From: Lysobacteraceae bacterium
GTDB taxonomy: Bacteria; Pseudomonadota; Gammaproteobacteria; Xanthomonadales; Xanthomonadaceae
Assembly: GCA_027483045.1 (NCBI GenBank)
Contig: JAIXVL010000121.1
Span: forward strand, 1-13,698
Direction of reading: 5' to 3'
Length of the DNA: 13,698 bases
The notes under the pieces are model-generated. The model was not told where the DNA came from. It worked only from the letters and a program-made list of their open reading frames with translations, and did not search any database. This document shows positions 1 to 7,367 of this stretch, one piece after another; positions within the stretch are counted from its first letter, which is position 1, and each line of letters begins with the position of its first letter. The position numbers were made by a program, and so were the translations under genes.

Positions 1-410
<410 letters not shown>

Positions 411-420
411 TCAACTCCGA

Positions 421-696
421 TTATTTGAGATAGGAACGTACGAGCGCAGTCATGTCGGCCACGCGCGCTTGGCGTTCGGCCTCGGTCTTGACCGGGCGGC
501 CAAAGGATTCACGCAGATGGGCTTCCATCACTTCCGACATCAACCCATTGACGGCGCCACGCATTGCAGCGATTTGTTGCAGCACGGGCGCGCAATCGGC
601 GCCTTGCTCCAGTGCACGGGCTAACGCTTCCGCCTGCCCCTGAAGGCGGCGCACGCGAGCGAGGACACGCTTCTTTTCTTCCGGCGAATGCGGCAC
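421..696 (-). CDS. frmR: FrmR, a formaldehyde-responsive transcriptional repressor of the CsoR/RcnR family (DUF156), 91 aa
   Basis: The translation from GTG at 694-696 reads MPHSPEEKKRVLARVRRLQGQAEALARALEQGADCAPVLQQIAAMRGAVNGLMSEVMEAHLRESF...LVRSYLK. The MPHSPE(E/D)KK N-terminus, Pro2, Cys35 and His60 line up with Salmonella/E. coli FrmR. The length of 91 aa also matches. The tool's longer ORF (421..888) has no conserved N-terminal extension, and starting at GTG places Pro at position 2, as FrmR sensing requires. Confidence 0.85.
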   Translation of the reverse strand: MPHSPEEKKRVLARVRRLQGQAEALARALEQGADCAPVLQQIAAMRGAVNGLMSEVMEAHLRESFGRPVKTEAERQARVADMTALVRSYLK

Positions 697-712
697 AGCG
701 GCGCCCGTGTAG

Positions 713-729
713 ATACTGGGGGGGAGTAT
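713..729. promoter_or_regulatory. Putative FrmR/RcnR-type operator ATACT-GGGGGGG-AGTAT. It overlaps a -10-like TATACT for the frmR-frmA transcript.
   Basis: A perfect 5-bp inverted repeat (ATACT/AGTAT) flanks a G7 tract, 17 nt upstream of the frmR start. It matches the TACT-G6-N-AGTA architecture described for RcnR/FrmR operators. On the coding (minus) strand the right arm reads ttgtTATACTcccccc, which is a plausible -10. Confidence 0.6.
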
Positions 730-818
730 AACAAGGATTCGAAGAACGGCAGCCACATGAGCTCTCGGGGCATTGCGGTCTACACTTCGCACCTCGCAAC
801 GCACTGATGGAGCAAGCA

Positions 819-1058
819 ATGACCGACAACACCGCCCCAGACCGTCTTTCCAACGATCCGCGCTCGAAGTTCCATGACACCGCAGCACTCAACCGCGGCA
901 TTGGCATCACCATCAATGGCCGTGAGCGCACCGATGTTGAAGAGTATTGCGTGAGCGAAGGTTGGGTACTGGTGCCCGCGGGCAAGTCGCTTGATCGCCG
1001 CGGTCGCCCGATGACCATCAAGATCAAGGGCACCGTCGAAGCACGTTTCCTGAGCTGA
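819..1058 (+). CDS. Small conserved hypothetical protein (~79 aa), DUF3297-like. The Pfam name is recalled from memory and was not verified.
   Basis: ORF 807..1058. I prefer the ATG at 819 because GGAG sits 6 nt upstream (atGGAGcaagcaATG). The translation is MTDNTAPDRLSNDPRSKFHDTAALNRGIGITINGRERTDVEEYCVSEGWVLVPAGKSLDRRGRPMTIKIKGTVEARFLS. The gene is divergent from frmR. Confidence 0.55.
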   Translation: MTDNTAPDRLSNDPRSKFHDTAALNRGIGITINGRERTDVEEYCVSEGWVLVPAGKSLDRRGRPMTIKIKGTVEARFLS

Positions 1059-1065
1059 CTGCCGG

Positions 1066-1956
1066 GTGAGCCACCTCATCACACCCCTGCTCACGCACGA
1101 AATCGCAGACGCCCTGCGAGCCGCAGCGAATCGCAATGAGGCCGCGTGGCGGGGGTCCTTGGACTGTGCCCGCAGCGTCGATGATGTCGCGCTCACAGCT
1201 CGCGATTTTTTCTGGCGCGGCCAGCACTGGCCCATGCCGAGCAACGATGCGAAGTTGAAGGAACGCACGCTATATCGCTTCGAAAACGGCGATTGGGCTT
1301 CGGTACAGCGCTTCAACGGAAGCCTGATCAAGTTGGTGCCCACCGAATGGGGGCCGCCGACCTTCGAGATTGATGGCATCAAAATGCTGCCGACCGCGCA
1401 GCTGTCGCCTTGGGACGATGCCGCGAACAAAGTGGCGCTGGTGCAGGCACGCGGCAAGCGCATCCTCGATTGCTGCGGCGGCCTGGGCTACTACGCTGCA
1501 CATGCACTCGCGGCGGGTGCGGCGCACGTACAGAGCTTCGAAAAGAACCCCGATGTGGTGTGGCTGCGACGATTAAATCCATGGTCTCCCGATGTGGATG
1601 ACTCGGAAGCACAGGGCCGCTTCACATTGACCGAGGGCGATATTTCGCAGGCCATTGCCACTTTGCCGAATGCCCACTTCGACGCTGCGCTGCATGATCC
1701 ACCGCGCTTCGGCATTGCCGGCGAGCTGTATTCATTGGCGTTCTATGAGCAACTCGCTCGCGTGCTGAAGCCGGGTGCACCTTTGTTTCACTACACCGGC
1801 GCGCCGAATGCAAAGACCAGTGGTCGCGACGTTCCCGGCGAAGTCATTAAGCGCCTAGAGAAAGCAGGCTTTCGCGCGGAGCGGAAACTGGATGGCGTGT
1901 TCGCCCAGGCCCACCGCAGCAGCGCACTTACGCCCAAACATCGCGCAAAGCGCTAG
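1066..1956 (+). CDS. Class I SAM-dependent methyltransferase, with RlmI/YccW-like or RsmJ-like motifs: G-loop ILDCCGGLGYYAAHALA and motif IV HDPPRFG
   Basis: The 296-aa ORF has a glycine-rich SAM-binding motif I (LDCCGGLG) ~125 aa from the N-terminus and a D-P-P-[RK]-F motif IV 60 aa later. This is typical of RNA m5C/m2G-type MTases. The start is GTG at 1066, 7 nt after the DUF3297 stop, so coupling is possible. The start is uncertain because there is no clear SD. Confidence 0.65.
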   Translation: MSHLITPLLTHEIADALRAAANRNEAAWRGSLDCARSVDDVALTARDFFWRGQHWPMPSNDAKLKERTLYRFENGDWASVQRFNGSLIKLVPTEWGPPTFEIDGIKMLPTAQLSPWDDAANKVALVQARGKRILDCCGGLGYYAAHALAAGAAHVQSFEKNPDVVWLRRLNPWSPDVDDSEAQGRFTLTEGDISQAIATLPNAHFDAALHDPPRFGIAGELYSLAFYEQLARVLKPGAPLFHYTGAPNAKTSGRDVPGEVIKRLEKAGFRAERKLDGVFAQAHRSSALTPKHRAKR

Positions 1957-1969
1957 AGGGAGAACCGCG

Positions 1970-2674
1970 ATGAGCCAAGGCTGGAACGAGTCGGCACAGG
2001 CGTGGATCGATGAGATGGGCCGCGATGGTGACTGGGGTCGGCGCTACGTTCTGGATGCGCCGATGCTCGAACGCGCCAGTTCCGCGAACCCAACGCACGC
2101 GCTGGATATGGGCTGTGGCGAAGGGCGCTTTTGCAGAATGCTTCAAGAGCGCGGCATCCGCACGATCGGCATCGACCCTACGAAAGCCTTGATTGCGCAG
2201 GCTAAAGCGCTCGACCCAAGGGGCGACTACCGCGCAGAAGGTGCAGAGGCACTTAGCCTCGTCGATGCTTCTGTAGACCTTGTGGTGGCCTACCTATCGC
2301 TGATCGACGTGCCGGATCTTGAAGCCGCGATCGACGAGGCGTATCGCGTACTGCGACCAGGAGGACGCTTTCTCATTGCCAACTTGCAGGCCTTCAACAC
2401 GGCCGCCATACCGCAAGGCTGGACCCACGAACCAGACGGTTCACGACGCTTCTGCATCGACCATTACCTGCAAACGCGCGAAGTGGATCTGGCTTGGCGG
2501 GGCATACGCATCACCAACTGGCACCGCCCCATGCAGGCGTATCTGAAGGCCCTACTGGCCCGAGGTTTCCAGCTCACGCATTTCGATGAGCCGGCCCCGC
2601 AAGGAGTCGATGACGCGAAGGCGCAGCGCTACCTTCGCGTACCGAACTTCTTGATCATGGAGTGGCGCAAGTAG
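1970..2674 (+). CDS. Class I SAM-dependent methyltransferase (Methyltransf_11/25-type, UbiE/COQ5-like fold), 234 aa
   Basis: ATG at 1970 with a GAGGGAGA RBS 6 nt upstream. The translation is MSQGWNESAQAWIDEMGRDGDWGRRYVLDAPML.... Motif I is LDMGCGEGRF, the acidic-loop region is IGIDPT, and motif post-II is VLRPGGRFLI. The tool's ORF starts at 1892 and overlaps the upstream MTase. The ATG/RBS at 1970 removes that overlap. Confidence 0.8.
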   Translation: MSQGWNESAQAWIDEMGRDGDWGRRYVLDAPMLERASSANPTHALDMGCGEGRFCRMLQERGIRTIGIDPTKALIAQAKALDPRGDYRAEGAEALSLVDASVDLVVAYLSLIDVPDLEAAIDEAYRVLRPGGRFLIANLQAFNTAAIPQGWTHEPDGSRRFCIDHYLQTREVDLAWRGIRITNWHRPMQAYLKALLARGFQLTHFDEPAPQGVDDAKAQRYLRVPNFLIMEWRK

Positions 2675-2686
2675 CAACCACTCCAT
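2657..2686. terminator. Hairpin with a 9-bp stem (ATGGAGTGG / CCACTCCAT) and a 12-nt loop, between the convergent MTase and flotillin genes. It may act as a bidirectional terminator.
   Basis: A perfect 9-bp inverted repeat is visible in the sequence. There is no U-run on either side, so intrinsic-terminator function is uncertain. It overlaps the last codons of the MTase. Confidence 0.3.
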
Positions 2687-2701
2687 GTGTGTGAAGACGC
2701 C

Positions 2702-4090
2702 TTACTTCTTCGCTTCAGGCTTCGAGAACTTTTCCAGCATCTTTTTGCCTTCTGGGCTTTGCGCCAAGGCCTCGAGCATGCTGGCCACCGCGGTGCCGCC
2801 GTCTGCCGAGAACAGATCCATCACCGAGGCAAGGCCCTTGCTGGGCGTACCTGCGTTGGTGATGACTTTCACGTCGGCGCCCTTCAGCGCCTCTGCCTGC
2901 GCCGTGCCCACGGCCTGCGCGGCTTCAATGTTGCGAATACCGAGCAAGTACGTCTGGTAGCCCTGATCGCTACCAATCTTCTCGGCAAGCTTGATCTGCG
3001 CATCCACGGGCGCCATCAAGATGGCCGTTTCCGCTGAACCCTTGGCCTCACCTTCCACCGCGATGCCTTCAGCGTTGCGCTTGGCGGCCTCGAGCTTGCC
3101 TTCAGCCGTCAACACCGTCTGCTGCTTGTTGCCCTCTGCCGAGACAATAGCCACTTGCTTGGCTGCGTCGGCCTGAACGATGGCGACTTCCTTGGCCTGC
3201 GCCGCAGCAATCACCGCGACTTCGCGACTGATCTCGGCACCACGCACATTCTTCACCTGCACCACGTCCATTTCTTTCGCGGCGGTTTCGCGCTGCTGCA
3301 CCTTCACCTGCTGCGAGGCCTGCTCATTGGCGACGCCCACGTTTTTGTCTTTCTCCGCCGTACGCAGGCCCACTTGCTCGGCAGCCAACTGGCGCGACAT
3401 TTCAATTTCGCGTTTGGCGGCAATTTCGGCCATCTCGGCCTGACGGCTGTTGTCTGCAACCACCAAGCGCGATTCACGCTCAATGCCTGAGGTTCGCTTG
3501 GCCATGATGTTGTGGATCACATCGCTGTCTTTCGCATCGCGAATATCCATCAACTCAATGTTCTTGATAGCTTCCACACCCCAACCACCCAACTGCGGCT
3601 GGACTTCCTTGGTGAAAGCCTCACCGAAGCGGCTGCGGTCGAGCATGATCTGGTCAATCTCATGCCCTGCAAGCACGGTGCGTACCGAGCCCTGCACGAT
3701 GGCGGTGAGCTGCTCCTTCAGTTCTTCGAACGAGGCCACGCGCTGGGCTGCGGTGTTGGAGTCGTTGATGCGGAAGAACGCCATGACATGCACAAGAAAC
3801 GGCACGCGTTCTTTGTCATAGGCCGCGTAGTCGGGCAGATCGATCGCGAAATTAGAGACCGGCAAGGTAACGCGCTGCAGGCCGATCAAAGGAAGACGCG
3901 ACGGCCATTCGTAGTACGTATTGCTGTCGAAACCCTTGCCGTAGGACACGGTGTTGTTGCGGGTTTGAATGATGTGGACTTCGTTCACCGGCACCACACG
4001 ACGCAGCGCGATGACCCAGAAGAACAGAACGACAGCCACGAAAACGGAAGCGAGGCCGGCAATCGCCAGCACGAACGGAATACCAAACAT
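2702..4090 (-). CDS. Flotillin / SPFH (band-7) family protein, YqiK/FloT-like, 462 aa
   Basis: An N-terminal TM helix (MFGIPFVLAIAGLASVFVAVVLFFWVIAL) is followed by an SPFH domain (VHIIQTRNNTVSYGKGF...PFLVHVMAFFRIND...). A long EA-rich coiled-coil 'flotillin' region follows (AEMAEIAAKREIEMSRQLAAEQ..., AVIAAAQAKEVAIVQADAAKQVAIVSAEG...). The C-terminal tail is conserved. There is a single ATG start at 4088-4090 and no SD. Confidence 0.9.
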   Translation of the reverse strand: MFGIPFVLAIAGLASVFVAVVLFFWVIALRRVVPVNEVHIIQTRNNTVSYGKGFDSNTYYEWPSRLPLIGLQRVTLPVSNFAIDLPDYAAYDKERVPFLVHVMAFFRINDSNTAAQRVASFEELKEQLTAIVQGSVRTVLAGHEIDQIMLDRSRFGEAFTKEVQPQLGGWGVEAIKNIELMDIRDAKDSDVIHNIMAKRTSGIERESRLVVADNSRQAEMAEIAAKREIEMSRQLAAEQVGLRTAEKDKNVGVANEQASQQVKVQQRETAAKEMDVVQVKNVRGAEISREVAVIAAAQAKEVAIVQADAAKQVAIVSAEGNKQQTVLTAEGKLEAAKRNAEGIAVEGEAKGSAETAILMAPVDAQIKLAEKIGSDQGYQTYLLGIRNIEAAQAVGTAQAEALKGADVKVITNAGTPSKGLASVMDLFSADGGTAVASMLEALAQSPEGKKMLEKFSKPEAKK

Positions 4091-4153
4091 AAAAGATCTC
4101 GGTTAGGGGGAAGGGGGAAAGCAACAAACAAGAAAAGCGCGAAAAATCAGAAC

Positions 4154-5077
4154 CTAGCTGCGATGCGCCAACGCATAGTCGATGGCCCCACGCACCGCCG
4201 CCACTTGCGCGTCGTTGCACTGCTGGGGCGTGGCACGCGGACTATCCGGATACACCTCAGTCGTCGTGGTGAAGCGCGCGTTAGTCATCCCGCCGCACAG
4301 GCCCAAGGACTTGAGCGGGTAAAGAATCACGCCGGTCGCCACTACGTCGGAACCGATGATCTGGCCCTTGGCATCCGCAGGCGCGATATGCGTGACCATA
4401 GCCACCGATTCAATCACCGCCTGCTGGAATGCCAGTTGCGGATTTTCGGTATCGCCTACGGTGTAGAAGCCATCGGGAATCTCGCCGGGTGCGAAGGGCT
4501 TTCCGTCTCGTGCGCACAATGCGGGCCGGAACTCGCTTTCGTCGGTGTCGGTGGTTTCGTGAAGGTCGATGTGGAGCAGCACGTCCTTCTGCAGACCCGC
4601 GACCAAACGCATCAGCGCAGAGGATTCTTCAGCGGTGCCATCCGCGCGAAAGTTGCGATTGGGGTCAAGGGCATTCGCGTTCCAGCGATGAATGCGCTCA
4701 TAGGCCCAAGGGCTGATGCAAGGCGCCATCAATAGGTTCATGCGGCCCGCGTACTCCGCCGCGTGGCGCTCGGCAAACTGCAATGCGCCATGCACGCCAC
4801 TGGTTTCGTAGCCGTGTACACCACCCGTCACCAAGACCACCGGCAGATCATCGCTCCAGTTGCGGCTCTTCAGCGCCATCAAGGCATAGTTCTCGGCGCC
4901 GTAGGTGATGCGGCCGTACTCGCTCACATCGAACTGCGACCGCAGTGCGTCGATACGCGTCAGCACGTCATCGGCATAGCTGCGCTTCTTGCTTTGTTGC
5001 TGCAACCAGAGCGCGCGTTCTGCAGCACCCCAAGGGGTGCCGGGCGTACCAATCGGAAACGGGTTCACTGCGTTCAT
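4154..5077 (-). CDS. M14-family zinc metallocarboxypeptidase-like / AstE-AspA (succinylglutamate desuccinylase/aspartoacylase)-like deacylase
   Basis: The zinc-ligand motifs are H-x-x-E (VTGGVHGYETSG) and a downstream HIDLHETTD (His ligand), followed by an NPNRNF-like loop. The tool's ORF starts at an alternative TTG (5095). I prefer the ATG giving MNAVNPFP..., which has GGAG 7 nt upstream. ATG at 5083 is also possible. The gene lies 15 nt downstream of the kinase stop. Confidence 0.8.
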   Translation of the reverse strand: MNAVNPFPIGTPGTPWGAAERALWLQQQSKKRSYADDVLTRIDALRSQFDVSEYGRITYGAENYALMALKSRNWSDDLPVVLVTGGVHGYETSGVHGALQFAERHAAEYAGRMNLLMAPCISPWAYERIHRWNANALDPNRNFRADGTAEESSALMRLVAGLQKDVLLHIDLHETTDTDESEFRPALCARDGKPFAPGEIPDGFYTVGDTENPQLAFQQAVIESVAMVTHIAPADAKGQIIGSDVVATGVILYPLKSLGLCGGMTNARFTTTTEVYPDSPRATPQQCNDAQVAAVRGAIDYALAHRS

Positions 5078-5091
5078 CTCCATACTCCGTA

Positions 5092-5949
5092 TCAATCCTC
5101 GGCTTCTGCGGCCTCGCGGCCTTGCTGGCGAATGATGGCTTCTTCGCGAGCATCGTTGATGGCTTGGCGCACGCTATCCAAGTCCACTTCTGATTCGTCG
5201 GGTGTCCACTCGCCACTCAGTTCGGAATCCGGGCGCAACTCGCCCGCCTCGAACATTGCCCACATCTCTTCGCCGTACCAGGTGTCGAGCAACTCCGGCG
5301 CAAAGCGGCCCAAGGTGGCGGTCAGGTTGTTCACATCGCGCAGCAGCATGGAGCGCGCGTTGTTATTGCCTGCGGCGCTCACCACCTGCGGAAAGTCGAT
5401 CACCACCGGACCATCAGGGCCGACGAGCACGTTGTAGGCCGAGAGGTCGCCGTGGATCAGCCCGCAGCACAGCATGAGCTGCACCTGCTGCACCAAAACG
5501 GCGTGGAACTCGCGCGCTTGCTCAGCAGACAAGGTGACCTCGCCCAAACGCGGCGCGCTGAAGCCTTCGGCATCGGTCACCAACTCCATCACCAGCACGC
5601 CATGAAAGTAGCCATAGGGCTGCGGCACGCGAACACCGGCGTCGCGCAATTGGTACAGCGCGTCGACTTCGGCGTTCTTCCACGCCACTTCTTGCTGCTT
5701 GCGGCCGAAATTCGTGGCCTTACCCATGGCGCGCGCTTCGCGGCTGCCGCGGCTCTTGCGGCCTTCTTGGTACTGCACGCGCTTTTGAAAGCTGCGCTGC
5801 GCCATGTCTTTGTAGACCTTGGCGCAACGCACATCGTCGCCGCTGCGCACCACGTACACGGCCGCTTCTTTACCGCTCTTGAGGGGGCGAAGTACTTCGT
5901 CGATCACTCCATCATCGATCAGCACTTGCAAGGCTTCAGGTGTCTTCAC
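5092..5949 (-). CDS. RIO1-like atypical serine protein kinase (bacterial 'PA4780-family' RIO kinase), 285 aa
   Basis: The RIO signature catalytic loop is LIHGDLSAYNVL and the metal-binding motif is VVIDFPQVV. The lysine-containing N-lobe is AAVYVV...CAKVYK, and there is a flexible-loop insertion and an acidic C-terminal tail. The start is GTG at 5947-5949 with GGAG 4 nt upstream. Confidence 0.85.
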   Translation of the reverse strand: MKTPEALQVLIDDGVIDEVLRPLKSGKEAAVYVVRSGDDVRCAKVYKDMAQRSFQKRVQYQEGRKSRGSREARAMGKATNFGRKQQEVAWKNAEVDALYQLRDAGVRVPQPYGYFHGVLVMELVTDAEGFSAPRLGEVTLSAEQAREFHAVLVQQVQLMLCCGLIHGDLSAYNVLVGPDGPVVIDFPQVVSAAGNNNARSMLLRDVNNLTATLGRFAPELLDTWYGEEMWAMFEAGELRPDSELSGEWTPDESEVDLDSVRQAINDAREEAIIRQQGREAAEAED

Positions 5950-6051
5950 GCCACTCCGGGCTCAAGCGCGGTGGGGCCGCGCCAACGAGGGCATTGTCTC
6001 AGCAAAGCGGCGCCCCGCTACACTGCGGGCCCACACAAAGCGGCAAAGCCC

Positions 6052-6789
6052 ATGACCCTGCCGGTTCGCCTGGCCCAGCGCGTTGCCGAGATCGCCGAAT
6101 GCTCCCGGTCCGAAGCCGAGGATTTCATTCGCAACGGCTGGGTGTGGGTGGACGGCCAAGTGGTGGAAACCCCGCAAATGCGCGTCACTGAGGAAGTGGT
6201 CAGCCTTGACGCCGACGCAGTGAAGGGTCCGGCCGAACCCGCCACCCTGCTGTTTCACAAGCCGGCAGGCTTCGATGCCTTCAACGGCATTCAAAGCGCG
6301 GCCATGGGCATCAGCCCCGAGACTCACTGGGCCCACGACCCTTCTGGCGTGCGTCTGCTGCAGCGGCATTTCGAACGCCTCACGCCCTTGGTACCCCTCG
6401 ATGCCGAGGCCAGCGGCCTGATGGTGCTGAGCCAAGACGGCCGCATTTGGCGCCGACTGACCGAAGACGCCGAGCAAATCGAGCACGAATACGTGGTGCA
6501 AGTGAGCGGCAGTTTGGTGCCCTATGGCCTGCATCGCCTCAATCACGGCCTGAGCTTTGCCGGCCGTGTGCTGCCGCCATGCAAGGTGAGCTGGCAAAAC
6601 GAAACCCACCTGCGCTTTGCCATCAAGGCGATCCAGCCCGGCCAGTTGCGCGCCGTGTGCCAGCAAGTGGGCCTTGAGGTACTGGCGATTCGCCGACTGC
6701 GCATTGGCAAGGTGGCCGTGGGCAAAGGGCCCGAAGGCACCATGCCACCGGGCCAGTGGCGGTACATGCCGGTGGGCGAGCGGTTCTAG
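6052..6789 (+). CDS. S4-domain rRNA pseudouridine synthase, RsuA/RluB/RluF family, 245 aa
   Basis: An N-terminal S4 RNA-binding motif (LPVRLAQRVAEIAECSRSEAEDFIRNGWVWVDGQVV) is followed by the PsuS core (LLFHKPAGF; the catalytic Asp is in PLDAEASGLMVLSQDG; RLRIGKV is near the C-terminus). The long upstream in-frame ORF (from 5452) is antisense to the kinase and has no Met until 6052. Confidence 0.85.
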   Translation: MTLPVRLAQRVAEIAECSRSEAEDFIRNGWVWVDGQVVETPQMRVTEEVVSLDADAVKGPAEPATLLFHKPAGFDAFNGIQSAAMGISPETHWAHDPSGVRLLQRHFERLTPLVPLDAEASGLMVLSQDGRIWRRLTEDAEQIEHEYVVQVSGSLVPYGLHRLNHGLSFAGRVLPPCKVSWQNETHLRFAIKAIQPGQLRAVCQQVGLEVLAIRRLRIGKVAVGKGPEGTMPPGQWRYMPVGERF

Positions 6790-6795
6790 GCCGCC

Positions 6796-7353
6796 CTACC
6801 CGCGCCAATTGGCGTTTTGGCTCCAGAACGCCACGCTTTTCGCATAGGCGGCGCGATCTAAAGGCACGCCTGAGCCACCCTCTTCCACGCCCATCGCGTT
6901 GCGCATCATGGTGATGGGCGCCATCGGTGTTTCTTCGGGCTCAGCGGTGTACATGCAGCCCACCACGCCCCAGTCGGCATCGATGGGCGTGCCTTCCTTC
7001 GCCATTTGCTCGCGGTCGTAAAGAATCACGATCAGGTAACCCGCCACCGGCGGCTCCACGCCTTCAAACCAGCGCACCAACACCGGCAACTCTTCTTTGT
7101 TGCGCGCCTCGTAGCCACTGCGCAGCAAATGGCTGTTCTCAGCGGTGATGGGCACGGTTAGGCAACGCGTGCTGGTCCAGTTGCGGTGCACGTGCAACTT
7201 GCAAAACGGTGCATAGCCATCCAGCACTTTCACCGGCGGCACGGTGTTGAGGTGCTCAACGAACTGATCCGGCGTGATGTCTTGAATGGTGTTGCGGCGC
7301 GGCTCGCGCGGAAACAAACGCGGCCGGGCGAAAGGGGTGAGCACAATGGACAT
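6796..7353 (-). CDS. Conserved hypothetical protein (~185 aa; possibly DUF3228-type, name unverified)
   Basis: A clean 191-codon ORF with protein-like composition. The tool starts at TTG 7371, which would overlap the upstream AraC gene stop. I chose ATG at 7351-7353 (MSIVLTPFARP...). It sits 14 nt downstream of the membrane AraC gene on the same strand and ends 6 nt from the convergent pseudouridine synthase stop. Confidence 0.55.
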   Translation of the reverse strand: MSIVLTPFARPRLFPREPRRNTIQDITPDQFVEHLNTVPPVKVLDGYAPFCKLHVHRNWTSTRCLTVPITAENSHLLRSGYEARNKEELPVLVRWFEGVEPPVAGYLIVILYDREQMAKEGTPIDADWGVVGCMYTAEPEETPMAPITMMRNAMGVEEGGSGVPLDRAAYAKSVAFWSQNANWRG

Positions 7354-7367
7354 GCGAGGCTCGGTGT

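Noticed and set aside
718-724. G7 homopolymer as a possible slipped-strand phase-variation tract
   Set aside because: It is the central G-tract of an FrmR/RcnR-type operator, flanked by a perfect TACT/AGTA inverted repeat. Seven residues is short for contingency loci, and it is not within a coding region.
780-1463. 227-aa minus-strand ORF spanning the DUF3297 and methyltransferase genes
   Set aside because: It is antisense to two co-directional genes that have RBS-supported starts. It has no recognisable motifs.
1892-1969. Upstream start for the second methyltransferase that would overlap the first by 65 nt
   Set aside because: The ATG at 1970 has a strong GAGGGAGA RBS and removes the overlap. 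The extension contributes only Arg/Pro-rich non-conserved residues.
3512-4735. 407-aa plus-strand ORF (and a neighbouring 224-aa ORF at 4763..5437) overlapping the flotillin, M14 and kinase genes
   Set aside because: These lie antisense to strongly supported genes. The translations are Arg/His/Gly-rich low-complexity sequences typical of spurious ORFs in GC-rich DNA. No start context supports them.
5452-6051. 5' extension of the pseudouridine synthase ORF (the tool calls 5452..6789, 445 aa)
   Set aside because: The extension is antisense to the RIO kinase and contains no Met before 6052. The S4 domain begins immediately after the ATG at 6052.
5962-6666. 234-aa minus-strand ORF antisense to the pseudouridine synthase, and the 7911..8642 plus ORF antisense to the membrane AraC gene
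   Set aside because: Both are GC-rich antisense artefacts with no motifs. They overlap better-supported genes completely.
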